A DNA stretch of 56,656 nucleotides from the NCBI GenBank assembly GCA_000934665.2, contig KZ538551.1:186001-242656 (forward strand), given 5' to 3'. Below, piece after piece: positions 39,505 through 51,283 of this stretch. The DNA comes from Catajapyx aquilonaris. Lineage: Eukaryota. A program made the position numbers and the translations under genes. The notes beneath the pieces were generated by a model. That model saw only the letters and a program-made list of their open reading frames with translations, was not told the origin of the DNA and did not search any database. Each line of letters starts with the position of its first letter. Position 1 is the stretch's first letter.

Positions 39505-40883
39505 TCACACCGTCATGGCAAGGTAGGGTCTCTGCACCACCCCCATGGCTGTACCGTCTTTTGCTTGAGACGAACACAAGTCTGGGGTCGACACCGACCT
39601 GGTCAGCTTCCCACCGCTCTGGTTCCCCAAGGAGCTACTTCCACTCTCGCAAACTAGCCCCCCGAAACTAAAGATGGACACCAGGCTGGTTATGTGGTCT
39701 ATCTCCATGGCAGAAGCACTGTTCTGGTCATCAGGCTCGGACATCCCGGAGCAGAGTTCGCTCAACTCATCCTGAAGCAGGTACGGCAACGGTATTGGAG
39801 AAGAAGGCTGGGTGGAATCCGGTGCCACCTGGTCGCCCCAGCACCGTCGCTGCCTCTTCGGAAGTATGGATGACACCGCCTCCTCCGTCTCCCAGTCTGG
39901 AACCATCGCACCTCGCCTACGCTTCAGGCACTTTTGGACAGACGGCGACGGTGGCGAGTTGCACTTTGAGTCGACCAGCACCTCGCGCGACTGCTCAGAT
40001 GTGTCGAGGTCCAAGTAAGTAACAGTGTTCTCCGCCAACGACCCACCGGACGGCGCGGAGTTCTCCTTGTCCGAATCAGACTCGTGCGAAGTGGGTAGGT
40101 CGACCACAGCCGCGGCCATCTGGTGGAACTCCTGGTCGCCATCGGTACTGCTACTGGGCACATCATGCGGCAGGCCATTGTACGCCGCATGGTGATCCTC
40201 CTCAACCGCCTCAGCCGATGGGCCCATCCCCATTGTTGAATAGTTAATCAGCTGCAAAAAAATGCACAACAATCAACGAAACATTCAACAACAATTGGCG
40301 CCCTAATTTAAAATAAAGTTGGCAACACTGTAAGATGCCAATAGTTTGGTGTAATTTTTTTTTAATTGCAAAAAAATGCACAACGTTCAACAACAGTTGG
40401 CACCATATTTTTTTTAAAAGTTGGCAACACTGCATATGCAAGGTGCCAACAGTGCCACAAGTTGCTAATGGTGGACAAATTGCTAAAAATTCGCAAAAAG
40501 CAGGTGGCACCCCCCGTTTGTCCATTGTTAAGGGTACGAACTTTGCAAAAAGAAATTCATTAAAAGTACCGCTAACGTGTGGGTGTGGCAACACCGCCAA
40601 CTCTCACCCCCCCCCCCACTAGTACATGGCAACACCGCAATTCTTGGTTTGAAGATTCAGCGCGCGCGTTTTTTTTTTTTTTTTTCGTTCTGAGAACGTT
40701 CCATATCTTTTGCAATGTGACGTGTCGTACCTGGTATGTTTCCTCCATGAAGACATATCTGGCCTTCTGCAGCACCGAGGCGACCAGCAGGTTCCGATGC
40801 AGGCTGAGCCCGCCCCGCTGGCTCCTGGAGAGCGCTATCTTGGACAGCGAGATGTTGATAAGTCTCTGCGCTTCCGTCGCCAT
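39505..40883 (-). CDS. Immediate early response (IER2/IER5/IER5L family) protein
   Basis: Exon 1 40883-40731 encodes MATEAQRLINISLSKIALSRSQRGGLSLHRNLLVASVLQKARYVFMEE (IER N-terminal domain). Donor CAG|GTACGA. Exon 2 40251-39505 has a basic NLS-like KRRR and the conserved C-terminal ITSLVSIF motif. AATAAA (-) at 38144-38149. Confidence 0.92.
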
Positions 40884-41069
40884 CACACCCACACACACCC
40901 AAGAAGACCCCACTGAATCCAACACCAGTACAAACACCGCGTTTCCCAAAAAAATGAGAAGATCCTTTGGAGGCCGAGGGGGGGGGACAATATTGGTGGG
41001 AGAGAGAGCGACACAGATCCTTCCCGTTCGAATTCCAGCTCCAAAATGACGGTTACTGGCCGAATCGGG

Positions 41070-41450
41070 GGGTTACTTATAGGCTCGGTCCCTATCTGAC
41101 GTCATACTCCACTTATCGACCAATCACGGACGCCGGCCTTCGAGTAGGGGAGGAGGTGGGGGGGNNNNNNNNNNNNNNNNNNNNNNNNNNNNNNNNNNNN
41201 NNNNNNNNNNNAAAAAAACGGCGGCAGGACACTGCTGCCATCTGTCGGCCGGAGATTGCGCGATGGATTCCGGCCGTTAGTGGCCACCCGGCATAAGGGC
41301 CAAAATGAAGCTTGGATGAACGGCCAGTTGGCCCCTATGGCCCGGTGGCACCAAGGGCGAAAGTCCCGTGACGTCACAGAGAGAGAGAGAGAGAGGGGCA
41401 GGGAGGGTGGGTAGAGGGAGAGCCTGCGTTCCGGATGACGTAACACATCC
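41070..41450 (-). promoter_or_regulatory. IER proximal promoter
   Basis: TATA-like CTATAAG (-) at 41076-41082, CRE TGACGTCA at 41097-41104 and 41369-41376, CCAAT near 41120, TGACGTAA near 41436, and a CTCF-like CCGACAGATGGCAGCAG (-) near 41232-41250. An N-gap at 41165-41211 interrupts it. Confidence 0.75.
41165..41211. other. Assembly gap (N run)
   Basis: Run of n between poly-G and poly-A tracts. Confidence 0.99.
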
Positions 41451-41829
41451 TCCGAGAAATGAAAGGCGGACTTGGAACGTTGCCAACACGCTACTCTTCG
41501 GATGGGGTTTAGGAAACTCTTCTTTAGGCCGGAGAATAATTATTTTAATTAAGATTACACCGGCTGGGACAGGGGGGAATACGCTCTCTAGTACATCGTT
41601 TTGTTTTTTTGGATGGATGGATTATCAAAATGTGGGCATGTTGGATCAGGACATGTGCCATGTACATGCTTCAGGCATGAGTCATACTGGTGCAATCTTG
41701 GGTGCAATGCTGGCTGGGCGCCTGCCTTGACACAGCATGACCCAATGTGGCCCTCGTAATCATTGCAATTGCAATTATTATAGTCATTATAGTAATTCTA
41801 CATATAATACTTCATAGCATTAGAAACTA

Positions 41830-42072
41830 GCAGTAATGAAAATGTTAGTAACTGGCAGTAATAATATTCATGTAGTATCTAGCAGTAATAATATTCCCAT
41901 TGTAACTGGCAGTAATAATATTCCTGTAGTATCTAGCAGTAATAATATTCCCATTGTAACTGGCAGTAATAATATTCGCATTGTAACTGGCAGTAGTAAT
42001 ATTCCCATCGTAACTGACAGTAATAATATTCCTGTAGTAACTGGCAGTAATAAAAATATTAGTAACTAGTAA
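41830..42072. repeat. 27-bp minisatellite, about 8 copies
   Basis: Unit TGTAACTGGCAGTAATAATATTCCCAT with variants; 9-aa periodicity in ORF 41836. Confidence 0.9.
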
Positions 42073-42405
42073 TAATGATCACATTTTCCATAAGAAGTAG
42101 TAGCCTCGTCATAGCTATAATAATAATAATCATCATCTTCACGGCGTTTCCCAACGGATATGGGGTTGCCAGCGAATAATAATAATAATATATACACTGC
42201 TGGTTTTGTAGAAAATTCTGAGCATAATGTTATCCGGCAGTGCTTAATTACTACACTAATAAATTGCAGTTACCGGATTAATAGCAGCATACTAAAATTA
42301 TGGATATTCCCTGACAGTGTACCTGGTATGTTGAGCAATCGCCTGCAGGTGCCTTACGAAAATTGAGGGAAATTGTAATTAATTGTAGTAATCTGGTGTA
42401 TGCAT

Positions 42406-42737
42406 AGGGGAGGCGGAGTGGCACTGCAGTAACATATCCGCCCACGGATGGAAGGGTCCCGGGTTTGATCCCAAGCCCGGCCATTCCCCCCTTCATCTCG
42501 TGCAGAGTTAGGTCGTCTCGGGTTTCATCTCAGGTGGGATTTCCGCGAGACTAACCACCCGGGGAGTTCACAAAATGACTGCAGCAACAACATTGCACTT
42601 GCACTTTACTCATGCCCTCCCACTCATCCCTGCCCGCGAACCCAGGCACTTTGTCGAGACAAAACTGTATATCCTTGATGAGGAAAAATGAAAGTCAGTG
42701 CAAAACCCTGGTGAGGGTATGCACTACAGACTACACC

Positions 42738-42809
<72 letters not shown>

Positions 42810-42875
42810 TATGATGTATGGTGAAAAGAAGAGTGGTTAACCCCCTCACAGCCTATCACGGATGGATCCTTATTA
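42406..42875 (+). mobile_element. tRNA-derived SINE-like element interrupted by (TTA)n
   Basis: GGGGAGGCGGAGTGGC A-box-like start and B-box-like GGGTTTGATCCC near 42461; tail shared with the 33866 element. Confidence 0.55.
42739..42807. repeat. (TTA)n microsatellite
   Basis: Uninterrupted run; further (TTA)n/(TAA)n at 45287-45346 and 45470-45525, and (ATG)n at 56271-56298. Confidence 0.95.
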
Positions 42876-43798
42876 CATGTAAATTAAATGGTTGGTTGCG
42901 AAAAGTGTTACCCTGTGTGAATTCTGGAGGAACAGGGCCTGGTCTGATATACATGGATATACACCACAGTGGAATAGTGGTTTGAGATTGAAATAAGTAT
43001 TAAAAAGTGGAAATATATACTGGCATGTATTTCAGATGCAATTATTGATGACTTGTTACATGGTGCAAAGTTCAATATGACTTGACACTTGAGCATAATA
43101 AAAATATGCAACCAACACAAAACTAGAATCATGCACTCTATTTACAATGCAGGCTTCGATTTATGAACATTTGCGTAACCAATCTACCAATAGTGCAATG
43201 TATGAATAAATTCAGCGACTGGTAGCAACTGCTAAACAATTTGAGTCTTATTCAGAAACATTTCCATACTCTGCACTTGTAAGCTGGGAATTGCAGTTAT
43301 CTAAGCGCATTGGTCATAATTTGTGTTTAGAATCACATTCGAAAGTAGTTCTCATTCGTCTTGGAGCAATGAGGCACTTTTTTAAATACAATTTTGCTGC
43401 ATGTACATATTCATTGCAACCCTCGTTGCTCGTATAATTTAACCTGATGTATAAAGATTATTCCGTTTTTTTCAATCTCCACACACACGCTGAACTATAA
43501 ATGATAAATACTGTTCCACAACACCCTTCATGCAACCCTTATAATTCGCAGATTAATAGCTGCAAATTTAATTGTATGCATCTTGCATTCATCTCTGCTT
43601 CGCATAATAAAATATGGTCCTAAAAATTGGCACTTATTTCTGCTAACTTTCAGGCTTTATGTGGTTTTTATACTTGATGGCCAGACATGTTTGAGACACG
43701 TTGTGATGATGTGTATGATTGACTCAGCCATAGTGGTGAGTCATGCTTTAATGTGAGTATGTCTCGAGCATATCTGGCTTTCGTGTAAACTTACTTGC

Positions 43799-45284
43799 TT
43801 AGAACTCATCATGTTTCACTTTAGAAGTTTTGTCTGGAAAACTGAAAAATGCGGATGGCAGTCCGCGAGTGTCTCTTTCCCTTTTCACAAAAGCAGTGAA
43901 TGACGAGACGCAGTTGCCAACGAAATAGTTGGCTCGGCCCAAGATGGCCAGATCTAAATGCGGGTCGCTGCCTTCCACCTTATGCACAGAAGCTTCCATA
44001 CGAGCCAGTGCTTTTGTCAGCACCGGGATCATGTGGTCATGATCTGAAGCAACGAAAACTGACTTGGCTTTAGCTGTCTTAACGGCCCATTTCACCTTTT
44101 TAATAATGTCCGCTTCGGACGGAAGGCACAACCTGTGCGTTACCTTTCCATACTCATTATTGTAACCCAAGCACTGCGGTGATGCCATCAGATTTGGACT
44201 GTGTTTGACATGTTCGCAGGCACGGACCCAGTCTGGTCCACTCCTAATGTGGATCCCAACGAAGGCACCTTTTGGCAAAACATCGCGCACATACTCCTGC
44301 GCACGTGTTTCAATGTCCCAACTCCACATCAAATACTGCTGGAGATGCCGGTTCTCTTCTTGTATTGGAAAGCTGGCTGGCGCACCAACGAAAGCCAGAA
44401 CAGGCCACTTCTCTGGTGGGTACTGTGAAATCCACTTGTATGTAATCTCCGGGTTTTGGGTGTCGTAGGTCAGCGGGCCGTAAAACTCGGACGACACAAA
44501 ATCGATGGAAAATGTGTCCCAGAATGGACCAAAAGGATTGCCCTCCTTGGCGTTGCAGTCATCCGAGTCCCCGCGAGACATGTAGCAAAATGCTGAAACA
44601 GTTACATTTATTATAATCAATATAAATATTCATACAGCATCACTACTCACAAACACGCTTCTCAGGAGGCCACACTAGAGGGGCCAGTTCGGACATGAAA
44701 TCCTCCATTGTAACCACATGATGATACTCCTGCAAAGCTTCCACCTCAAAATATTTTTTGAACGGCACTTGAATCTGCAATGTAAGCCATTTTTTTATTT
44801 AAAATGTAATGTATTATACGGCATGCGACTCACAGATTTTGGCTGTTGATATCTGTACTCAACCCATGGTGGTAGAATCAGCGTCCTGTTCAGTGCCTTT
44901 GCAAATGCCAACGTTCCCAGGAAATGGTCTGCCTGGTTGCCAAAACGCCCTGGAACAAGTAGGAAATTGAAGCAAATCTTGCAAGATATTAATTATTATC
45001 TATAATGTATACACTGACTACACTGCAATTGACAAAATGCCAATACCCTTTTTGCAGTGTAATTGTCCACATCGTGAACGCCTAGCTGTATGTAAAAAAA
45101 CACATTACACTTCACGTAGCGGAATCTCACTTTACATGTCTTACGGATTCAACTTGTACGCTCCTGTTAATTTCATAAATGCAACTACCTTCATAATAAT
45201 AACAACAACAATAATAATGCGAGGATAACAAGCTTTTCCTCGTTATCTGCTGGCACCTCCTTCTTTTGGGAAATACCAAGATGG

Positions 45285-45347
<63 letters not shown>

Positions 45348-45468
45348 GCTCTATGTAAGGATTACCACACACAGGTTAACCTAAGGAGAGGTACTAAAAT
45401 CAATGAACTTGCTTTAAAATTGTGCGCTTATTTGGCTTAACATTTGCAAAAAAGAAAGTTACAGTATC

Positions 45469-45526
<58 letters not shown>

Positions 45527-45817
45527 CTATGGAGATGCCCCCTCACAGGTTAGCATGAGAACAGGGTACATAATTTAATAAATATAACGTCTGCTTACAA
45601 ATAGTGCACATTTTTTTGCTAAATATTCCTTTAAAAAAAATCAGTTGCGTTTTTTTTCTACAACTATTTTTTTTCCACCAGTGTTTATACCCATGCAGGG
45701 GCAGAATGCGATGTATCCATTATCGTCCTGCTCCAGCCCCGCCAAGGCCAACCCAAGTAGGGGCAGAATAAGCACCAGGGCGGCCCTTGGACTGAATTCG
45801 AAGCCGACCGGAATCAT
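43799..45817 (-). CDS. POFUT1: GDP-fucose protein O-fucosyltransferase 1
   Basis: Exons 45817-45691, 44949-44834, 44774-44651 and 44592-43799. Signal peptide, [54 protein letters not shown] and C-terminal ER-retention signal HDEF. Confidence 0.96.
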
Positions 45818-46796
45818 TTTCACTCTTCCCCGACATTCGAAACCCAAAGGCCATTGACTCTGTTATGTTGTGTGTGACTCGTTTTATAGTTGTCTGACAG
45901 GCCGCAGATGGAGACACCAACCGGATACGTACCGTATATGCAGATGAACCGGACAACACGGTGGTGTTCGGCGTAATTACGTCAAAGCAAGACGCGCAAT
46001 TAGCACAGTACGACATTACAGCACAGTTGTATTACAGCACATTGACTACATTCAATTGCATTAGACTTGTCGGCCAGTTGGCGGCAATGTTCCAAATTGT
46101 CGCAACTCTTACATATCAGTGCCGTAGACGTTCATTCCATTAAATTAATGAGTCTCAATTCAACACGCCCGCTTTAAACCTCAGTAATTAATAAAAATTT
46201 GCACATTAATTAACAATTATGCTTCATGCGCGTCGTAAATGTGTGAGGGGGTGCTGCGGTGTTGCCAAATCCCGCTCGGTTACACACATGCCGTGACTCT
46301 ATCCCCCCCCCCGAATTAACTACTCAGCAACAATGCAGTATTATTAATAGAAATTGAAAACAACAATCGAAGCGGCCCTACGCGAGGAAGCAGCAACCCC
46401 GGCGGCGGACCCAGCATTACAGTAAATACCCCCCTTTTTAAATAGTTCCACTCAATTGTATAGAAAAGGAAAAGCGGTCATCACATCCTTTCCAATCAGT
46501 CGTCAATCGTTCTAAATCAGGACCGAGTGACCTTTAAGTCTATTTCCTATCCCACTTTTTTTTGTCCTCCCCCTCTCCTGACGACTCACTGCTCTAGTGT
46601 CTATCTCTATTCGGCTCAAAGTCCAGCCGCTTGCTTCATGGTCAGCCCGATGGAGAAAGGAGTTCACGACCTTGTTTTGAACTGTGGGTGAAAGTTTGTT
46701 GCTCAACTGATTTTATCCTTGTCCTTCTTTTTATAGAGCGTCATCTGAAGGGAAACAGCCGGTTTCCAGATGATTGGATTGGTCACCAGCTCCAGA

Positions 46797-49700
46797 ATGA
46801 GGGCCACCCTCATGGTGCGTATGGTCTTGTTGTTGTACAGTTCACTCCCAACACTTGTGTGTGCTGCACAGCTGCGGGGGAATAAGTGTTTCCATAGTTA
46901 ATCAGCTGTGGGAGTTACATCGACTGACACGTTAACGTCCGGTAGGAGGGGAATTCACCTTTGAACACGCCTCGTTCCCTAAAACTCCACTGTTAAATTT
47001 TATATATTGCTGACATACTGTCCGTAGAACAAGGCTCATTTGCAAATGTTGTTTAATTTAGTTCATATTTTAATGCTATTGTTAATTACTGTCCTTAGAG
47101 GCTTCATATCTCATTTGCAAAAAGCTCAATATAATACGTATTTATCATTGCCATTATTCACGATCCTTAGAACATGTTTCATTGGGGAAAAAATACTGTT
47201 ACATTTAATTGATATTTATTGTTGCTATTAAAATTACTCTCCTTAAACCATGGCTCATTTGCATAGATTTTTAATTTAATTCATAATTTACATTGCTATT
47301 ACTATCCTTAAACCATGGCTCAATTGCAAATATAGTTTAATTTAACATTTTAAGCTATTGCTAATTATTATCCGTAAGAACATGGATCATCTGCATTTAA
47401 TTAAAAATTTATTGCTGCTGTTCATTACTATCATTAGAAAATGGGTCATTTGCAATATTTTAACATTTAACTAGCAGCGAAACCTGTTGCCATGACATGG
47501 CAACAGGTTTCGCTGCTAGTTAAATGTTAAAATATTGCAATTGGTTTCCATCTGGCAATGGATTAGCACATTGTGCTAATCCATTGCCAGATGGAAACCA
47601 GACCTGGACAAACAAACAAACTTACTTCATTGAATACTCATTACATACCCACACATTGGACAAACAAACAATCGCTGCCTTTTATACTTATTATATTAAT
47701 TACTATTGATTTGGGGTGGAATTGTCGTCTCACTCCTAGTTACTGCTAACTTAGCAGTAACCGTTACCAACACTGGTACTGCTAAGTCAGCAGTAACTAG
47801 CAGTGGGACGAAAATTCCACCCATTGTTAATAATTACTGTACTAGACATAATTTAAGTGGCAAAACTGCCGAGAGCTGTAACCGGATCTAATAGTGGTTA
47901 TAAATGTACAACAAGTTTTTTTCAACTTGGCCAAATGTATTATGTTCGACTTGCAGGTGAACCAACTTGGCGGGATGGCCAACAAGTACCTTCGCTTCAT
48001 GGCGAGTTCATCCTCGGAGAAGTCCGGTCAGCAGAACCTGCTGAAGCTTCCTGTGCCTCCGCTTGACAAGACGCTGTCGAAGTATCTGAGGTAGAGATGT
48101 GCGATCCATACCGGTTGACAGTTTGTAAGGTGTGCTGTTGCGTTTCCAGGTCAGTGAGGCCGCTTCTAAACGAGACGGAGTACCAGAAGACGGAGAGTGT
48201 GGTGAAGAAGTTTGGAGCTCCCGGCGGCATCGGGGAGAAGCTTCAGAAGCTGCTGGAAATGAGGGCGGATCATACCGAGAACTGGGTAAGGGTTTTGCAG
48301 CCAGAAGTGCACAGGACGATTGTAATGACTGATGTCGATTGCAGCTGTCGGACTGGTGGCTTCAAGTGGCTTACCTGGACTTCAGGTGGCCCGTGGTGGT
48401 TCACTCGAGCCCTGGGCTTGTGTTTCCGCTTGCAACCTTCTCTTCTGGGCCAGATGGGCAGGTCCCAAACGCAGCCAAGGTCATTGCCGGTGCCCTCGAC
48501 TACAAAATGATGCTGGACCAGTATGTTTATTGCATTGTTGTCTCTAAGTACAGTGCTGTAAATTCACGATTTGCTCTTCGCAGGAAGAAACTTCCCCTGG
48601 AGAAGATGGGTGGTCAGCCGGTGGACATGTCCCAGTATTACATGGTCCTGGGAACCTGTCGGGTTCCTGGAGTCAAGAGAGACAGTATCGCCTTCTACAG
48701 CAACCTGCCCATGCCACCAAGGCACATCGCTGTTGCACGGAACAACAACGTGAGTGTCATAATGTGTACGTCACACAGTGTAGCCAGGGTATGATTGAGA
48801 TTCAAACAGTTCTGTGTCCGCTGCAGTTCTTCAAAGTGGTCGTGATTGGCGACGATGGCTTGCCGTTCACCTCCAATCAAATCGAAGAGCAACTAAAGGA
48901 GGTCATGTCCCTATCCGAAACGCCTGGAACCCCCATCGGTATCCTCAGCACTGACAACCGCAACAATTGGGGCAACTCGTACAAAAAACTGCTCAAAGGT
49001 AAGTGCCAACATTTATGATCACGCAGCATGTCGTGCCAAATGTCTAACACTGCACTTCTTTCGCTTTATTTCGTTAAACTCGAGGAAGGACGAAGTGAGT
49101 TGACGACTCGCTGAGCAATACTGGTGCCTTCACTGAAAAGTATGAGTCCGCAATTATCAAAATTGAGACAATAATATTTTGGATTTTGACATGTTCTGTG
49201 GAGGTACCAGTGTCAGTGTTATTGCGTGTCGTTCCGGGATAATTCAGCTTGCACGTTTTCCTTTAGATCGCAGCAACTTTGCATCGTTGGAAGCGATCCA
49301 GAGCTCCCTGTTTCTGATGTCTCTGGACAAGCCAAATCCTGAATCGAAGGAACTGAATCGAGCGACAATCATAGCCTTGCAGATGGTGCACGGCTGGGGA
49401 AGCGAGTACAACTCTGCCAATCGCTGGTTCGACAAGACTATCCAGGTGAGCCGTTCGACTTGGCTTGCAAAGAGCTGTCTCTCTTAATGCGATTTACCAT
49501 TTCGCAGTTCATTGTCGGCACAGCGGGAGAGGTCGGATTGACCTACGAGCACAGCCCGGCCGAGGGGCCTCCAGTTGCTTTCCTCATGGACCACATCATC
49601 AGATGCAAGTGAGGGCAGAGTTAATCTCATTTCCTCGCATTGGTGTACAGCACTATTGTAAATTTTCACAGCGATGGGAAGCAGATGTGCAAGAGCTTTT

Positions 49701-50592
49701 CTAGCTCGAAGGTCCCTCATCCGGAGCTCCTGAAATTCAACACGAGCGATGTGACTGCCGAAATCGAGACGGCCAAGGAGAACCTCGCCAGGCTCATTGG
49801 CGACCTGGAAATGTCTTGCTTCACTCTCGAAAACTACGGAAGCAGCTTCATAAAGTCGCAGAAGATGAGTCCGGACAGCTACATACAGATGGCGATCCAG
49901 CTGGCCTTCTACAGGTCAGGGCATGCTTCCTTTAAGCATTGTGGGAATCGGAGCTTAGGTATCATTTACTGTTAGGATTCACGGCGAGCCTGGAGCTCAT
50001 TACGAGTCGGCATCCCTGCGCTTGTTCAGCCAGGGTCGGACCGAGACGATCCGATCGTGCTCGGTTGAATCTATTGAGTTCGCAAAGGGCATGCTGGACT
50101 CGGGAAGGAGCGACTCGGAGAAGGAAGCGCTGATGAGGAAGGCCGTGGAAGGACACAAGGAGTACACAAAGGGGGTTTGTATTCGCATTTTTTAAAAGTG
50201 GCTTTTCCGGATCTACTGTAGCGGATAAATTCCAGGCGGTGATGGGGCAGGCAGTGGATCGCCACCTGTTTGGCCTGAAGCTGATCGCCCAGGAGAACGG
50301 CCAGTCCATCCCGCCCTTCTTCCAGGATCCGTCCTACACCCGCAGCACCTCCTTCCGCATCTCCACCAGCCAGGTGGCCTCCGCCTTCGAGTCCGCCTTC
50401 ATGTGCTACGGTGCGCTGGTGCCGGATGGCTACGGCTGCTGCTACAACCCACGCCCGAAAGAGATTGTGTTTGGCGTTTCCGCCTTCAACTCGCATCCTG
50501 AAACCAGCTCCGTCACGTTCATGGAGGCCCTGAAGCAGAGCTTCATCGACATGCAGGACGTGCTGGCCAAGACCCAGAAGGCGAAGCTGTAG
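46797..50592 (+). CDS. CRAT: Carnitine O-acetyltransferase
   Basis: Exons 46797-46814 (probable), 47957-48090, 48150-48285, 48345-48520, 48584-48749, 48827-48998, 49267-49445, 49508-49608, 49672-49914, 49976-50174 and 50236-50592. Motifs LPVPPL, NWLSDWW, NRWFDK, catalytic EHSPAEG, SPDSYIQMAIQLA, GRTETIR, ISTSQ and DGYG. C-terminal PTS1 AKL. Confidence 0.95.
47015..47455. repeat. Degenerate ~60-70 bp AT-rich tandem repeat in CRAT intron
   Basis: Recurring CATGGCTCATTTGCA ... TTTAATTTAA ... GCTATT ... ATTACT.TCCTTA. Confidence 0.7.
47450..47600. repeat. Two abutting perfect palindromes (45-bp and 29-bp arms, 1-nt loops)
   Basis: Arms 47450-47494 / 47496-47540 and 47542-47570 / 47572-47600 are exact reverse complements. 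Confidence 0.95.
47713..47822. mobile_element. MITE family A copy in CRAT intron
   Basis: GGGGTGGAATTGTCGTCTCACT ... CAGTGGGACGAAAATTCCACCC. Confidence 0.85.
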
Positions 50593-51283
50593 GGCTGCCG
50601 TTGCTGGGAGCCGATTGTTTTGGGAGGGAGCCTTAGGTGAACAAAGTATAGATGGTAGTATTACGAGAGAGAGGGGAGTGTTTGCAGTATTGCTGGTACA
50701 TGTATATAATAGTTCAGGTGTTGTGTATTTTACACAGTATTGAAAGTGGTATTTCTCTCGATTTGTAAACTAGGTGTCAAATATATGTTATTGTTTTCTT
50801 CACGCTGCATTTGTATTGTTTGCAATTGTTGACATCACACAATATATTATTTATAACAAGTGGAGCATCTCTGAATTTAGTTGAAGATATATTGTTAGGC
50901 TTCTTGTTGCCAACAGTGACTTAATTAATTATTATTCCCAATCTGACTCTGTGTATTAATTAACTGCCAATCTAATAATTTTCCATATCTAGACAAAGTT
51001 TACCCAGCAACATGAGCCATCTGATATAGAGGGTAGTATGAATGCAGTACATGCAAGTTAATTTTGTAAGTTTTTATTTAAATTATTTCAACTGTAAAAG
51101 AACTTTATTGTATGACTGTATATCTCCGTCATACCCCGCAACAATCTGCGTAGAAAAAATTCTGCACGGCGTATTGTTGGCAGCAATTTATAACCTGGAT
51201 ATTATTATTAAATTTACTGGACAAAAAAAATTGTGTGCATATAAATCTACCGGTAATTTTTTTTCGTATGGCACGGCTGGAAA

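Noticed and set aside
41836..42069. ORF resembling ice-binding or beta-helix repeats (VTGSNN)
   Set aside because: It coincides with an AT-rich 27-bp minisatellite, with no signal peptide or splice evidence.
43700..43760. Box C/D snoRNA or SECIS element in the POFUT1 3' hairpin
   Set aside because: A GTGATGA box C exists but there is no canonical CTGA box D and it is antisense to the host. There is no SECIS geometry and no in-frame UGA in POFUT1.
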